Part shown: positions 56,186-64,000 of the stretch, one piece after another
Position numbering within the stretch: position 1 is the first letter of the stretch
How the letters are laid out: each line of letters opens with the position of its first letter
Sequence record: HQ630627.1
From: Pseudomonas phage PhiPA3
Direction: 5' to 3' (one strand)
DNA: 64,000 bases
Position numbers and translations under genes: made by a program
The notes under the pieces: model-generated
Seen by the model: the letters and a program-made list of their open reading frames with translations, nothing else
What the model was told of the DNA's origin: nothing
Database searches by the model: none

Positions 56186-56358
56186 GTTAAAAACTTACAC
56201 TTTCCCCAATGATATAGCCAAGGCAGTACGCGTAAGCGCTGCACATTAAGGGGGTGATCCAGCCAATACTTAACCTGATACGTTAAGGCATTTGCGGGAG
56301 CAAAAGCGAGTATCTAACTACGGCGCCTTGGACTAGCTTGGAGCATCGATTCAAGCGG

Positions 56359-56391
56359 CATAACAGCCCAGCTTCGGCTGGGCTTTATGTC
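56359..56391 (+). terminator. module GCATAAC-[GCCCAGC-TTCG-GCTGGGC]-TTTATGTC
   Basis: Inside the 260-bp non-coding region upstream of the helicase. Confidence 0.5.
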
Positions 56392-56446
56392 GTCTTACTC
56401 GGGAGCCAATCTTATGACTTTCTAAAATCCTGACGGAATCACTCAC

Positions 56447-59400
56447 ATGTTCGATACATTTCGCACGCTCTTCAGCGGACTAGACGTAAAAGAAACCGAC
56501 ACGGAGATTATCATCAGTGGTGTAGCTGCTAATGAGATCATTCGTGATATGGACAAGTTCTGGAAGACTACCAAGTTGACTGGGAACATGTTCAATAATG
56601 TCTCTCGTCGCTCGATGAGCTTCTATAAGTTCTTTGCTCCAGAAGTCATGTACATGCTGGAGAACATCAAACACTACCGGAATCGTTGGACGTCTATTAA
56701 GGCGATCAATGCGATTCGCGAAGCGTTGATGGAACATACCTGGTTAAAGGGTACCATTCCAGTTGATCCCAATACTGTACCTGGTCGTTTGGATCTACGT
56801 AAGCTCCAGAACTTACATTTTGACGCAATGACCTACCAGATGGAGTATTTCCAGAACTACTCCTATAGACTCGACCAATACGGTTTAAAAGGTGATCTGA
56901 TCGCAGCTGCTGCCGGCACAGGTAAAGCCCAGCCGCTAACTTCCATGGTCAAAGTACCGGGTGGTTGGAAAGCCATGGGTAATATTCAAGTAGGTGATGT
57001 TGTTACTGCTTGGGACGGTACTCCAACTAAGGTAACTGGCGTTTATCCGCAAGGAAAGAAACAAACCTTTACCGTCACCTTCAAAGACGGCCGGACCACC
57101 AAAGCCTGTGACGAGCACCTGTGGAATGTGTACTGCCAAGATTGGACCCGTTACGGTGGAACCGGGTGGCGCGTAATCAACACCTTGGAGTTATTCGGTC
57201 GTATCCAAAGCGGGAAACAACGGCTGTATGTGCAGTTGTGCAAATCCGAGGAAGGTATTGATGTAGAACTTCCCATTGATCCTTACAACCTGGGAGTTAT
57301 CCTTGGTGACGGATGCATCAGCTCAAACTGTGTGTCGGTGACTAGTGGTGACCCGCAGCTCTTCACAGAGTTCGCTAAAGCCCTTCCAGAAAATCTGGAA
57401 TTGATCACCCGTGATGACATCACGATGGGCGTAATCAACAAAAAGGGTGAACGTAATCCGTATACCAGTGCGTTGCGTGAGATGGGGCTACTTGGTGAGA
57501 ACTCACTGACTAAGTTCATCCCGCAAAACTACCTGATGGCGTCCACTGCACAGCGTTTGGCTTTGGTTCAGGGGCTGATGGACACCGATGGTACTGTTGA
57601 TGTTAACAGTAGCCTGAGTTTCTCGACCAGCAGTTACATGTTGGCCAAACAATTCCAGTATCTGATTCGTTCGCTAGGTGGAATCGCGAAGATCTCGTTC
57701 AAGGAGCCAACCTACACCTACAATGGTGTTAAACAGTACGGGAACATGTCGTACCGGGTACTTGTCCGCTTCGATGTGCCATCAGCTCTTTTCCGACTCG
57801 ACCGCAAGTTAGCACGGTGCAATGACAATCATCAGTACACGGAGAATCTTCGGTTGCAGATCAAGCATGTGAACGTGTCAGACCGGGTAGAGTGTCAATG
57901 CATTCAGGTAGAGCATCAGGACCACCTGTACGTTACCGATGATTTCATTGTGACGCACAACACCTACATGACTTCAGCCATTGCAGAAATGCGCAGTGCG
58001 GAGTTGATTGTTGTAATCTGCCCCAAACAAGCATTAGAAACCGTCTGGTTAGAATCTATCCCCGATATGTTCAAAGCCAAACAGAGCGTCTGGAGTTCAG
58101 CGAATAAACACGCTCCCTATAAAGGTGAGCGTTGGATTGTTTGCCACTACGACGCTATGGATCGACTGATCGAACTACTCCGTGATCAGCGAGTCTATAA
58201 AGGTAAACGGGTTGTAACTATCCTTGATGAATCCCACAACCTGAACGATCCAAACTCGGCTCGGTCTTTGTACTATCAGACCATCTGTAAGATCCTAGGT
58301 AGCGAAGACAATCTGTTTGCATCGGGTACACCGGTGAAAGCACTTGGCTCTGAACTAATCGGTTTACTGCGTGTGGTGGATGACATGTTCACACCAGCGG
58401 TAGAAGAACGGTTCCGCAAGATGTACGGTAAAGAAGCCAGTAAAGGTCTTGATATTATCCGTCATCGCTTGGGTCTAATGTCCTTTAAGGTGGAGAAGAA
58501 AGAAACTGGTCTCCAACCTCCGATCATGAAGCCGTATCCAATCAAGATCCCCAATGGGGAACTGTTCACGCTACCGATGATCAAAAAGGACATGGAGAAA
58601 TTCATCAATGAACGCTGGGCTTATTATAAGTCCCGTCGTCCGAATGATGAGAAACTCTGGAACCAGATGTTGGATATCCATCGCAAGTCACTCAAGACAC
58701 GCGATCAAGTCAAAGCCTTTGAAGACTACCTGCGTTTGGTAGAACTCGTTAAGCGTACTCCTGACCCTCGTTACATCGGTGAGGAAATCAAGGCAACGAA
58801 CGTTTACGAGAAGCGGATCTTTGAACCGACCCTTCCACGCACGATGATCCATCAGTTCCGTGACATCAAGTCCGTGATCAAATACACCAACCTTAAGATC
58901 CAAGGTGAATGCCTGGGTCGAGTGTTGGGTGGTAAACGGATTGAAGCGCACGTAGCGATGGTTCCGTATATCGATTGGGTGGGGATTGTTGAGTCTACTG
59001 AGAAGAAGACGATCATGTTCACAAGCTTCGTTGAAGCGGTGGAAGCGTCTGAAATTCACACTACTAAACTAGGGATGAAACCCACAGTTGTGTACGGTAA
59101 GACGACAGGGGATCTAGCAGGCATCGTTAAACGCTTCGATGAAAATAAGTCCATCAACCCATTGTTAGCAACCTTCGCTTCGCTATCTACAGCTGTACGC
59201 TTGACCATGGCTGACACCATGATCCTATTGAACTCTCCATTCCGTGCCTATATTCTGGAACAAGCCATCGCGCGTATCTATCGCATGGGTCAAGACTCGC
59301 AAACTTACGTCTACCAATGCACACTTGATACGGGGGAGGTTCCGAACATCTCTACGCGATCCGCTGACATCCTGGCGTGGTCTACTGCTCAAGTGGAAGC

Positions 59401-59617
59401 GATCATGGGTATCAAGTCTCCTCTGCAAATGGAGGATGCGGCCAGCTTTGAAAATCTAGCTGAAGAACTCAAGTACGATGAGAACCGAATCATGCATCGG
59501 ATTCTGGCTAATGCTTTCGAAGCGTATGGTATTGAAATTTCCCAAGAAGACTTCATTGTGAAGTCTGTTGTTAAACACAAACCTTTAGTGCCCGCATACA
59601 TGCGGTTCGGAGGATAA
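56447..59617 (+). CDS. SNF2-family (SF2) helicase interrupted by an intein (1,056-aa precursor; about 711-aa mature)
   Basis: Extein motifs: Walker A 'AAAGTGK/T' restored by intein removal, DExH 'ILDESHNL', motif III 'SGTP', SNF2 motif VI 'QAIARIYRMGQDSQTYVY'. Confidence 0.85.
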   Translation: MFDTFRTLFSGLDVKETDTEIIISGVAANEIIRDMDKFWKTTKLTGNMFNNVSRRSMSFYKFFAPEVMYMLENIKHYRNRWTSIKAINAIREALMEHTWLKGTIPVDPNTVPGRLDLRKLQNLHFDAMTYQMEYFQNYSYRLDQYGLKGDLIAAAAGTGKAQPLTSMVKVPGGWKAMGNIQVGDVVTAWDGTPTKVTGVYPQGKKQTFTVTFKDGRTTKACDEHLWNVYCQDWTRYGGTGWRVINTLELFGRIQSGKQRLYVQLCKSEEGIDVELPIDPYNLGVILGDGCISSNCVSVTSGDPQLFTEFAKALPENLELITRDDITMGVINKKGERNPYTSALREMGLLGENSLTKFIPQNYLMASTAQRLALVQGLMDTDGTVDVNSSLSFSTSSYMLAKQFQYLIRSLGGIAKISFKEPTYTYNGVKQYGNMSYRVLVRFDVPSALFRLDRKLARCNDNHQYTENLRLQIKHVNVSDRVECQCIQVEHQDHLYVTDDFIVTHNTYMTSAIAEMRSAELIVVICPKQALETVWLESIPDMFKAKQSVWSSANKHAPYKGERWIVCHYDAMDRLIELLRDQRVYKGKRVVTILDESHNLNDPNSARSLYYQTICKILGSEDNLFASGTPVKALGSELIGLLRVVDDMFTPAVEERFRKMYGKEASKGLDIIRHRLGLMSFKVEKKETGLQPPIMKPYPIKIPNGELFTLPMIKKDMEKFINERWAYYKSRRPNDEKLWNQMLDIHRKSLKTRDQVKAFEDYLRLVELVKRTPDPRYIGEEIKATNVYEKRIFEPTLPRTMIHQFRDIKSVIKYTNLKIQGECLGRVLGGKRIEAHVAMVPYIDWVGIVESTEKKTIMFTSFVEAVEASEIHTTKLGMKPTVVYGKTTGDLAGIVKRFDENKSINPLLATFASLSTAVRLTMADTMILLNSPFRAYILEQAIARIYRMGQDSQTYVYQCTLDTGEVPNISTRSADILAWSTAQVEAIMGIKSPLQMEDAASFENLAEELKYDENRIMHRILANAFEAYGIEISQEDFIVKSVVKHKPLVPAYMRFGG
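56927..57961 (+). mobile_element. Intein (345 aa) with LAGLIDADG homing endonuclease, inserted in the helicase P-loop between GTGK and T
   Basis: Block A-like 'AQPLTSMVKVPGGW..IQVGDVVTAWDG'. LAGLIDADG motifs 'LGVILGDGCIS' and 'LVQGLMDTDGTV'. C-terminal 'FIVTHN' followed by +1 Thr. The first residue is Ala rather than Cys/Ser. Confidence 0.8.
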
Positions 59618-59619
59618 TA

Positions 59620-60006
59620 ATGGCACGTTCTACAGCCGCAACAATGCTGGCAGCACTTCAGAAGTACTTTACTAAAGTTGAAGAGCGATTAGATAGTGGT
59701 GGCAGTGGTGGGGTGAATGCCCTGTATTTTGCAAATGGCTCTATTGCAGCCGGTGCTACCACTCAGAAAGATCTAACTACGATTACTGGTGCACCGACTG
59801 GCAAAGATTGGCGCTCGGCAATTGTGCAAGTACTGGTCAAAGATGTAACGGCCGGTTCCCCTACTCTAAACTGCTGGTTAGATGGTAGTGCATTATTCAC
59901 GTATGGCATTGATGAAGCTGGGGTATTCAAGATCACTAACTTGAGTACGACCGGACAACTCTACGCTGTCACCATTCTTGCCCCCTCTTCCGCTAAAATT
60001 GGTTAG
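59620..60006 (+). CDS. hypothetical protein (128 aa)
   Basis: ORF track. Starts 2 nt after the helicase stop. Confidence 0.5.
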   Translation: MARSTAATMLAALQKYFTKVEERLDSGGSGGVNALYFANGSIAAGATTQKDLTTITGAPTGKDWRSAIVQVLVKDVTAGSPTLNCWLDGSALFTYGIDEAGVFKITNLSTTGQLYAVTILAPSSAKIG

Positions 60007-60013
60007 GTGATGT

Positions 60014-62494
60014 ATGGTCTACGCCATTCCAGATAAAGCCGCAGGGAAATATGCATCGGCTCAAACGGTAAACTGGACGTTCGCCGCTGGCGTGGTAGGT
60101 TATACTTGGAACACCGGGGATACTCCCCCGGTGATTTCCGAGTATATTGCCTACGATAACCAGACTCCTCAGAATCCTTTCATTGCTGTTACTCAAGATG
60201 GTAGCGGTAAAGTGGTTTACGATGGCGGTTTCCCTAAGTGGTTAAACAATCAGTTAGGGTCAACTACAACCACTACACCGTTTGCTAATTTGACGATTGG
60301 TCAGAAATACTTCGTTAACGCGTTGAACTTCATCGCTAGTCCTGATCGACCTAAGAAAGTTCTATTCTTAGGAGATCGCCTGTTTACTAACAGTGGTGGA
60401 AGTTACCAGATTAAAGAAACGGCTCCTGGTGGATTCAAGACTTTCATTGAGACGCTTTCCGCCGTTGCTGGCTATATCCCCACTATCAAAGATTCGGGCG
60501 ATTATGGTGGTTCATCGCTTAATCCAACTTTAGTTGAGATGGACCAATACGCCGCCGTTGTGTTGGTAGCTACAGACACAACTAAAGTAGCTGGATGGTT
60601 CACTGCGAATGCTCTGTTAGATATCCAGACATATCGCCGTAATGGTGGTGGTATATTCATCATTACCGATGATGGTCCGGAGATTTCCGACATTGCTAAC
60701 GCATCACCGACTCCAACAAACGCTTTCTTCTGTACAGCCAACCAACTGGCGGTAAAGTTTAATTGCTGGTTCTCTGGTAATTACAACCGCACGCCTATCC
60801 TGGTCAGTGAACTAAAAGCTAATTACGGTGATCATCCGTTATGGCAGGGTATGGCCGATACAGATATGTTTCCAGCCGGTGGTTCAGAGTCACGTGTTTA
60901 CGTAAACTCGGTAGCACTGTCAGCTCCGTCTGCATTGGCTACGCCTATCGCCAGTTCAGCATTGACCAAAGTTAACTTCTTGGTAAAGTTGGCAGATGGA
61001 TCATTCCACACGGAGACATATGGCTATACCACAAATGGATCGGACATTGTCCAATACCTTAACCGAGCAGCCAACAACGTCGTGGTTACCGCCCTGGATA
61101 CGGGCGTAAACAATAGCGCGGCCCTAGACTTTAACATCACACATACCACATCAGGTACGTTGGTGGCGTATATTCGACGCTACAAAATTGATAGTCAGTC
61201 TGTAGTGAATGTGGGTGAGGTTCGATACGTTCCTGGACAAGGGACAGTAACATCCTGGTATGCCTATAATGGCATCGTTCCCGTTCGAAATGGTGATAAG
61301 ATCTATGTTGATTTTATCGCGCCGTTCGAATACCACTCGGAATTGCCCGTAACACGTTACATGCCTCCAATGCATGGTATCGTTAAGACACTAGCTGATG
61401 CAGCGAAATGGATTCGTCCACGCTATTCGACTGGTTCGTTAATATCGGTTATCCGTAGGGCTGTAGAAGAAGCCGCTGGTCAACACCCAGCTATGGGGAT
61501 GGATCAGTGGACAGGCACTGCTCAACATGTAATGGGTTTGGCCAATTTCTATGCTGATCTATTGGATCGTCCACGCACTCAGGCAGTAGCCTATTCGACA
61601 ACCGCAGCTATTACAGCAGCATTGCCGACTCTGACGCCTCCTGATGCATCAGCCATCTTTAACAAATGGGCACGTTTTTCTAACAATGCCTATTATCCGG
61701 CTGGCACTACCCCAGAAGGGGATGCCGCATCTTGGACATGGGATGACACGACTAAGCAGGCAATTCAGACAGTAAATTCGGGGACGTATAACGGTTTCTT
61801 GTCTGATGAAACTCCTATGGTGTGGACGTTAGATGTAACTCTCCAGAGTAACAACATTGACGATGATTTCAATGGTATCGTGATCTGTTTTGATCGCGAT
61901 GAATCAGCGGGTATCAACCGTACATTAAGTGTTGTTGTTAACCGTGGAGCTATGGGTTTTGGTACCCTACCACATCCATGGCCTAACTTAATGTTACTAA
62001 CGGGTTTCGAACGTGGCAATCCAGCACATGCTGAATGGAAAGTCTTCGGACAAAGTTCAGTGGGTGATCCAACTGATACATCAGGATGGAATGGTTCTTA
62101 TAGACGTCTGTTCATTTCCCGTCGAGCAGATCAGATAACCGTACAGGCATCTGATTGGAACTCTACGGTACTCAATAATGTTCACACCCTAACACTGGAC
62201 CTGACATCTGATCCCCTACTGGCTCGCTTTCGTGGACCTAAGAGGTACGGCTTGAGTAACCAAAGCCAACCTGATTCGTTTTTCAAGAACATCAACTATG
62301 TTGGTGAACTGCAACGAAATCTGGCATTGGACATGCAAGCGAACAAAGTTTACTTCTACACCAGTAATGGTTGGTTGTTATTGAACGGAGTACTCATCCA
62401 CGACCTCTATGGATGGCCTCGTACACTGGAATCTTCAGTGGATGGTTCTGTGTGGCACTTGAACCAAGATCGAACAATCACCCGCATTTCGTAA
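60014..62494 (+). CDS. large virion protein, possibly fiber or baseplate component (826 aa)
   Basis: Long ORF rich in T/N/G/S/Y. Bidirectional hairpin 62504-62524 follows. Confidence 0.6.
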   Translation: MVYAIPDKAAGKYASAQTVNWTFAAGVVGYTWNTGDTPPVISEYIAYDNQTPQNPFIAVTQDGSGKVVYDGGFPKWLNNQLGSTTTTTPFANLTIGQKYFVNALNFIASPDRPKKVLFLGDRLFTNSGGSYQIKETAPGGFKTFIETLSAVAGYIPTIKDSGDYGGSSLNPTLVEMDQYAAVVLVATDTTKVAGWFTANALLDIQTYRRNGGGIFIITDDGPEISDIANASPTPTNAFFCTANQLAVKFNCWFSGNYNRTPILVSELKANYGDHPLWQGMADTDMFPAGGSESRVYVNSVALSAPSALATPIASSALTKVNFLVKLADGSFHTETYGYTTNGSDIVQYLNRAANNVVVTALDTGVNNSAALDFNITHTTSGTLVAYIRRYKIDSQSVVNVGEVRYVPGQGTVTSWYAYNGIVPVRNGDKIYVDFIAPFEYHSELPVTRYMPPMHGIVKTLADAAKWIRPRYSTGSLISVIRRAVEEAAGQHPAMGMDQWTGTAQHVMGLANFYADLLDRPRTQAVAYSTTAAITAALPTLTPPDASAIFNKWARFSNNAYYPAGTTPEGDAASWTWDDTTKQAIQTVNSGTYNGFLSDETPMVWTLDVTLQSNNIDDDFNGIVICFDRDESAGINRTLSVVVNRGAMGFGTLPHPWPNLMLLTGFERGNPAHAEWKVFGQSSVGDPTDTSGWNGSYRRLFISRRADQITVQASDWNSTVLNNVHTLTLDLTSDPLLARFRGPKRYGLSNQSQPDSFFKNINYVGELQRNLALDMQANKVYFYTSNGWLLLNGVLIHDLYGWPRTLESSVDGSVWHLNQDRTITRIS

Positions 62495-62496
62495 CG

Positions 62497-62532
62497 ACAT
62501 AAGGCCCCTCCATTACGGAGGGGCTCTATGAC
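62497..62532. terminator. bidirectional module GACATAAG-[GCCCCTCC-ATTAC-GGAGGGGC]-TCTATGAC
   Basis: Between convergent structural genes. Confidence 0.6.
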
Positions 62533-62534
62533 AT

Positions 62535-63503
62535 TTAACGCACCAGTTCTAAGAACGGTAAATAACCGCGTGTAGTTCCGCCAGTTGCCGTCGTTGTAGA
62601 TGCTAACGTACCGAAGTTAGTAGTCGTTCCACGTTGAACAGCCTGACCATTCGACAACACAGCTCCAACTTGGAACGTCACACCAAACCCTGAGTTACGG
62701 TTATACGAAGTCGTAATGTCCTGACTGTTGTATTTGTCGCGCAACCACGAGTACACAAACGACGAACTCTGTACAGTGTACACTCGGTCGATCGTACTGG
62801 TAACTTGGTCACCAATAACGGCCATACCTGTTGCAGCATCCGTTAGGTCAGTGTAAACAATGCGATCACCCAAACTAGGTGCGTACACCTTGTAAACATT
62901 CGACCCGTTGGTGTAGGTCTTACCCTGGACAGTAGCCGTTAACGTACTGGTCACAGTGGACGGTAGATCACTGAAATAATCCCTTGCTTCAGGGAACATG
63001 ATACCGGCTTCGTAGGTAGCTTTCCAGTTCACCCCAGAGAAGAAGCTATGGTCTGGGATATAGATCGTCTTACCATTTACTTGGAACTTATGGCAGTTGA
63101 CCGGCAGGTTAGTACTATCGACGAAGTTACCAGTGGACAGAGCTAACTGACTACGGAAAGCGGTTCGATCTACGATACTGGTAAAAGCTACTGTACCAAA
63201 ATAACCATTCCAGAAATCGCCCAGGAGTGGCGTAGTTCCACCAGGGCCAGGATTGGTGTACTCGGCAATAGCAAAACTACGACGCATCGCTGCTACCGTG
63301 CGGCTATCAGGCAACACGTTGACGATGTAATAATGGTAAACGGTGTCCTTTACAGCTGTCGTGTCATCCCATGTTGTGGTGCCTGCTGCTAGGGTAGCAA
63401 TGGGAGGTTCCACCACTTCTGTAATAGAATTCACTCTGACAGAACCACGGTAGATTTTGATGCTTGACACGGTCCCGAAACTACTAAGATTGAGTCTAAT
63501 CAT
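62535..63503 (-). CDS. hypothetical structural protein, fiber-like composition (322 aa)
   Basis: ORF track. Convergent with 60014..62494. Confidence 0.55.
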   Translation of the reverse strand: MIRLNLSSFGTVSSIKIYRGSVRVNSITEVVEPPIATLAAGTTTWDDTTAVKDTVYHYYIVNVLPDSRTVAAMRRSFAIAEYTNPGPGGTTPLLGDFWNGYFGTVAFTSIVDRTAFRSQLALSTGNFVDSTNLPVNCHKFQVNGKTIYIPDHSFFSGVNWKATYEAGIMFPEARDYFSDLPSTVTSTLTATVQGKTYTNGSNVYKVYAPSLGDRIVYTDLTDAATGMAVIGDQVTSTIDRVYTVQSSSFVYSWLRDKYNSQDITTSYNRNSGFGVTFQVGAVLSNGQAVQRGTTTNFGTLASTTTATGGTTRGYLPFLELVR

Positions 63504-63511
63504 AACTCACC

Positions 63512-63982
63512 TCAGAAGTCGAGTTTCAGTACGGGAAGGAAGCTTGCCGATGTGTTAGCCGAGATAGCCACAGATACCATGTTTTGCATGTTACCAGTGC
63601 TGCTGCGAACGAAAGCTTGCGCAACGTCAGTACGGTAAGTAGCTAGGTGATAGCCAGTAATACCGCCAGAAGTGATATCAGCCGGCCAATCGTTAGAGTC
63701 CCAACGTACCTGACTCCACGACTGCGCTATGTTACCTGTCGCGCCGTACGCGTACAAGCGTTCGAAAGTACGGCTGATGAAATCCGTACCGTCTACAGCA
63801 GCTGTACCGCCGGCAGAGTTGTAAGCATCCGCTGGCATCCACGGGAGACAAACTCGGAACAGATGCCCCTTAATCTCCCACTGACGATATTGCTCAGATT
63901 TATTCGCTGTAGTCAACGCGGTTTGCATACCGGCATTCAAACGATCCCAGTTATCGCCGGGTGCATTAAACGCCATCCCCAT
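63512..63982 (-). CDS. hypothetical structural protein (at least 156 aa; may extend past window end)
   Basis: ORF track. Upstream of the 322-aa gene in the same operon. Confidence 0.45.
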   Translation of the reverse strand: MGMAFNAPGDNWDRLNAGMQTALTTANKSEQYRQWEIKGHLFRVCLPWMPADAYNSAGGTAAVDGTDFISRTFERLYAYGATGNIAQSWSQVRWDSNDWPADITSGGITGYHLATYRTDVAQAFVRSSTGNMQNMVSVAISANTSASFLPVLKLDF

Positions 63983-64000
63983 TCGGTAGATATCTTGCCA

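Noticed and set aside
56186-56446. tRNA or CRISPR content in the larger intergenic regions (also 20935-21039, 25481-25609, 55440-55513)
   Set aside because: There is no acceptor-stem/T-loop (GTTCGAATC-like) architecture and no direct-repeat/spacer periodicity anywhere in the window.

Overview
This 64-kb window looks like a segment of a phiKZ-like jumbo myovirus genome (Chimalliviridae type). It is not a bacterial chromosome. The ORFs are densely packed, mostly hypothetical, and arranged in alternating strand blocks. I saw no rRNA, tRNA or CRISPR arrays. Main content, from my own reading:

1. **Virion-type multisubunit RNA polymerase cluster on the minus strand.** It has a beta' N-terminal fragment with the catalytic 'ADFDGD' motif. 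The beta gene is interrupted inside its most conserved motif by a group I intron that carries an HNH homing endonuclease. The beta C-terminal region I sits in a +1-shifted mini-ORF.
2. **A roughly 2,320-aa phiKZ gp181-like virion protein** with a lytic transglycosylase (SLT) domain, abutting the RNAP cluster.
3. **A PAAR plus central-spike pair**, divergent from a Rad50/SbcC-like ATPase with a CPNC zinc hook.
4. **An RNase HI fusion protein next to a candidate i-/o-spanin pair.**
5. **Thymidylate kinase with an acidic C-terminal extension, and a DnaQ-like exonuclease.**
6. **An SNF2-family helicase whose Walker A loop is split by a 345-aa LAGLIDADG intein.**
7. **Blocks of small early-type genes**, three of them preceded by a phiKZ-like early promoter element TATATTAC.
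8. **About 20 GC-rich hairpin terminators, mostly with UUCG loops.** Most sit inside a palindromic CATAA-hairpin-TTATG(C/T)C module reminiscent of the phiKZ late 'TATG' promoter.

By eye the overall base composition is roughly balanced, with two conspicuously GC-rich gene islands.
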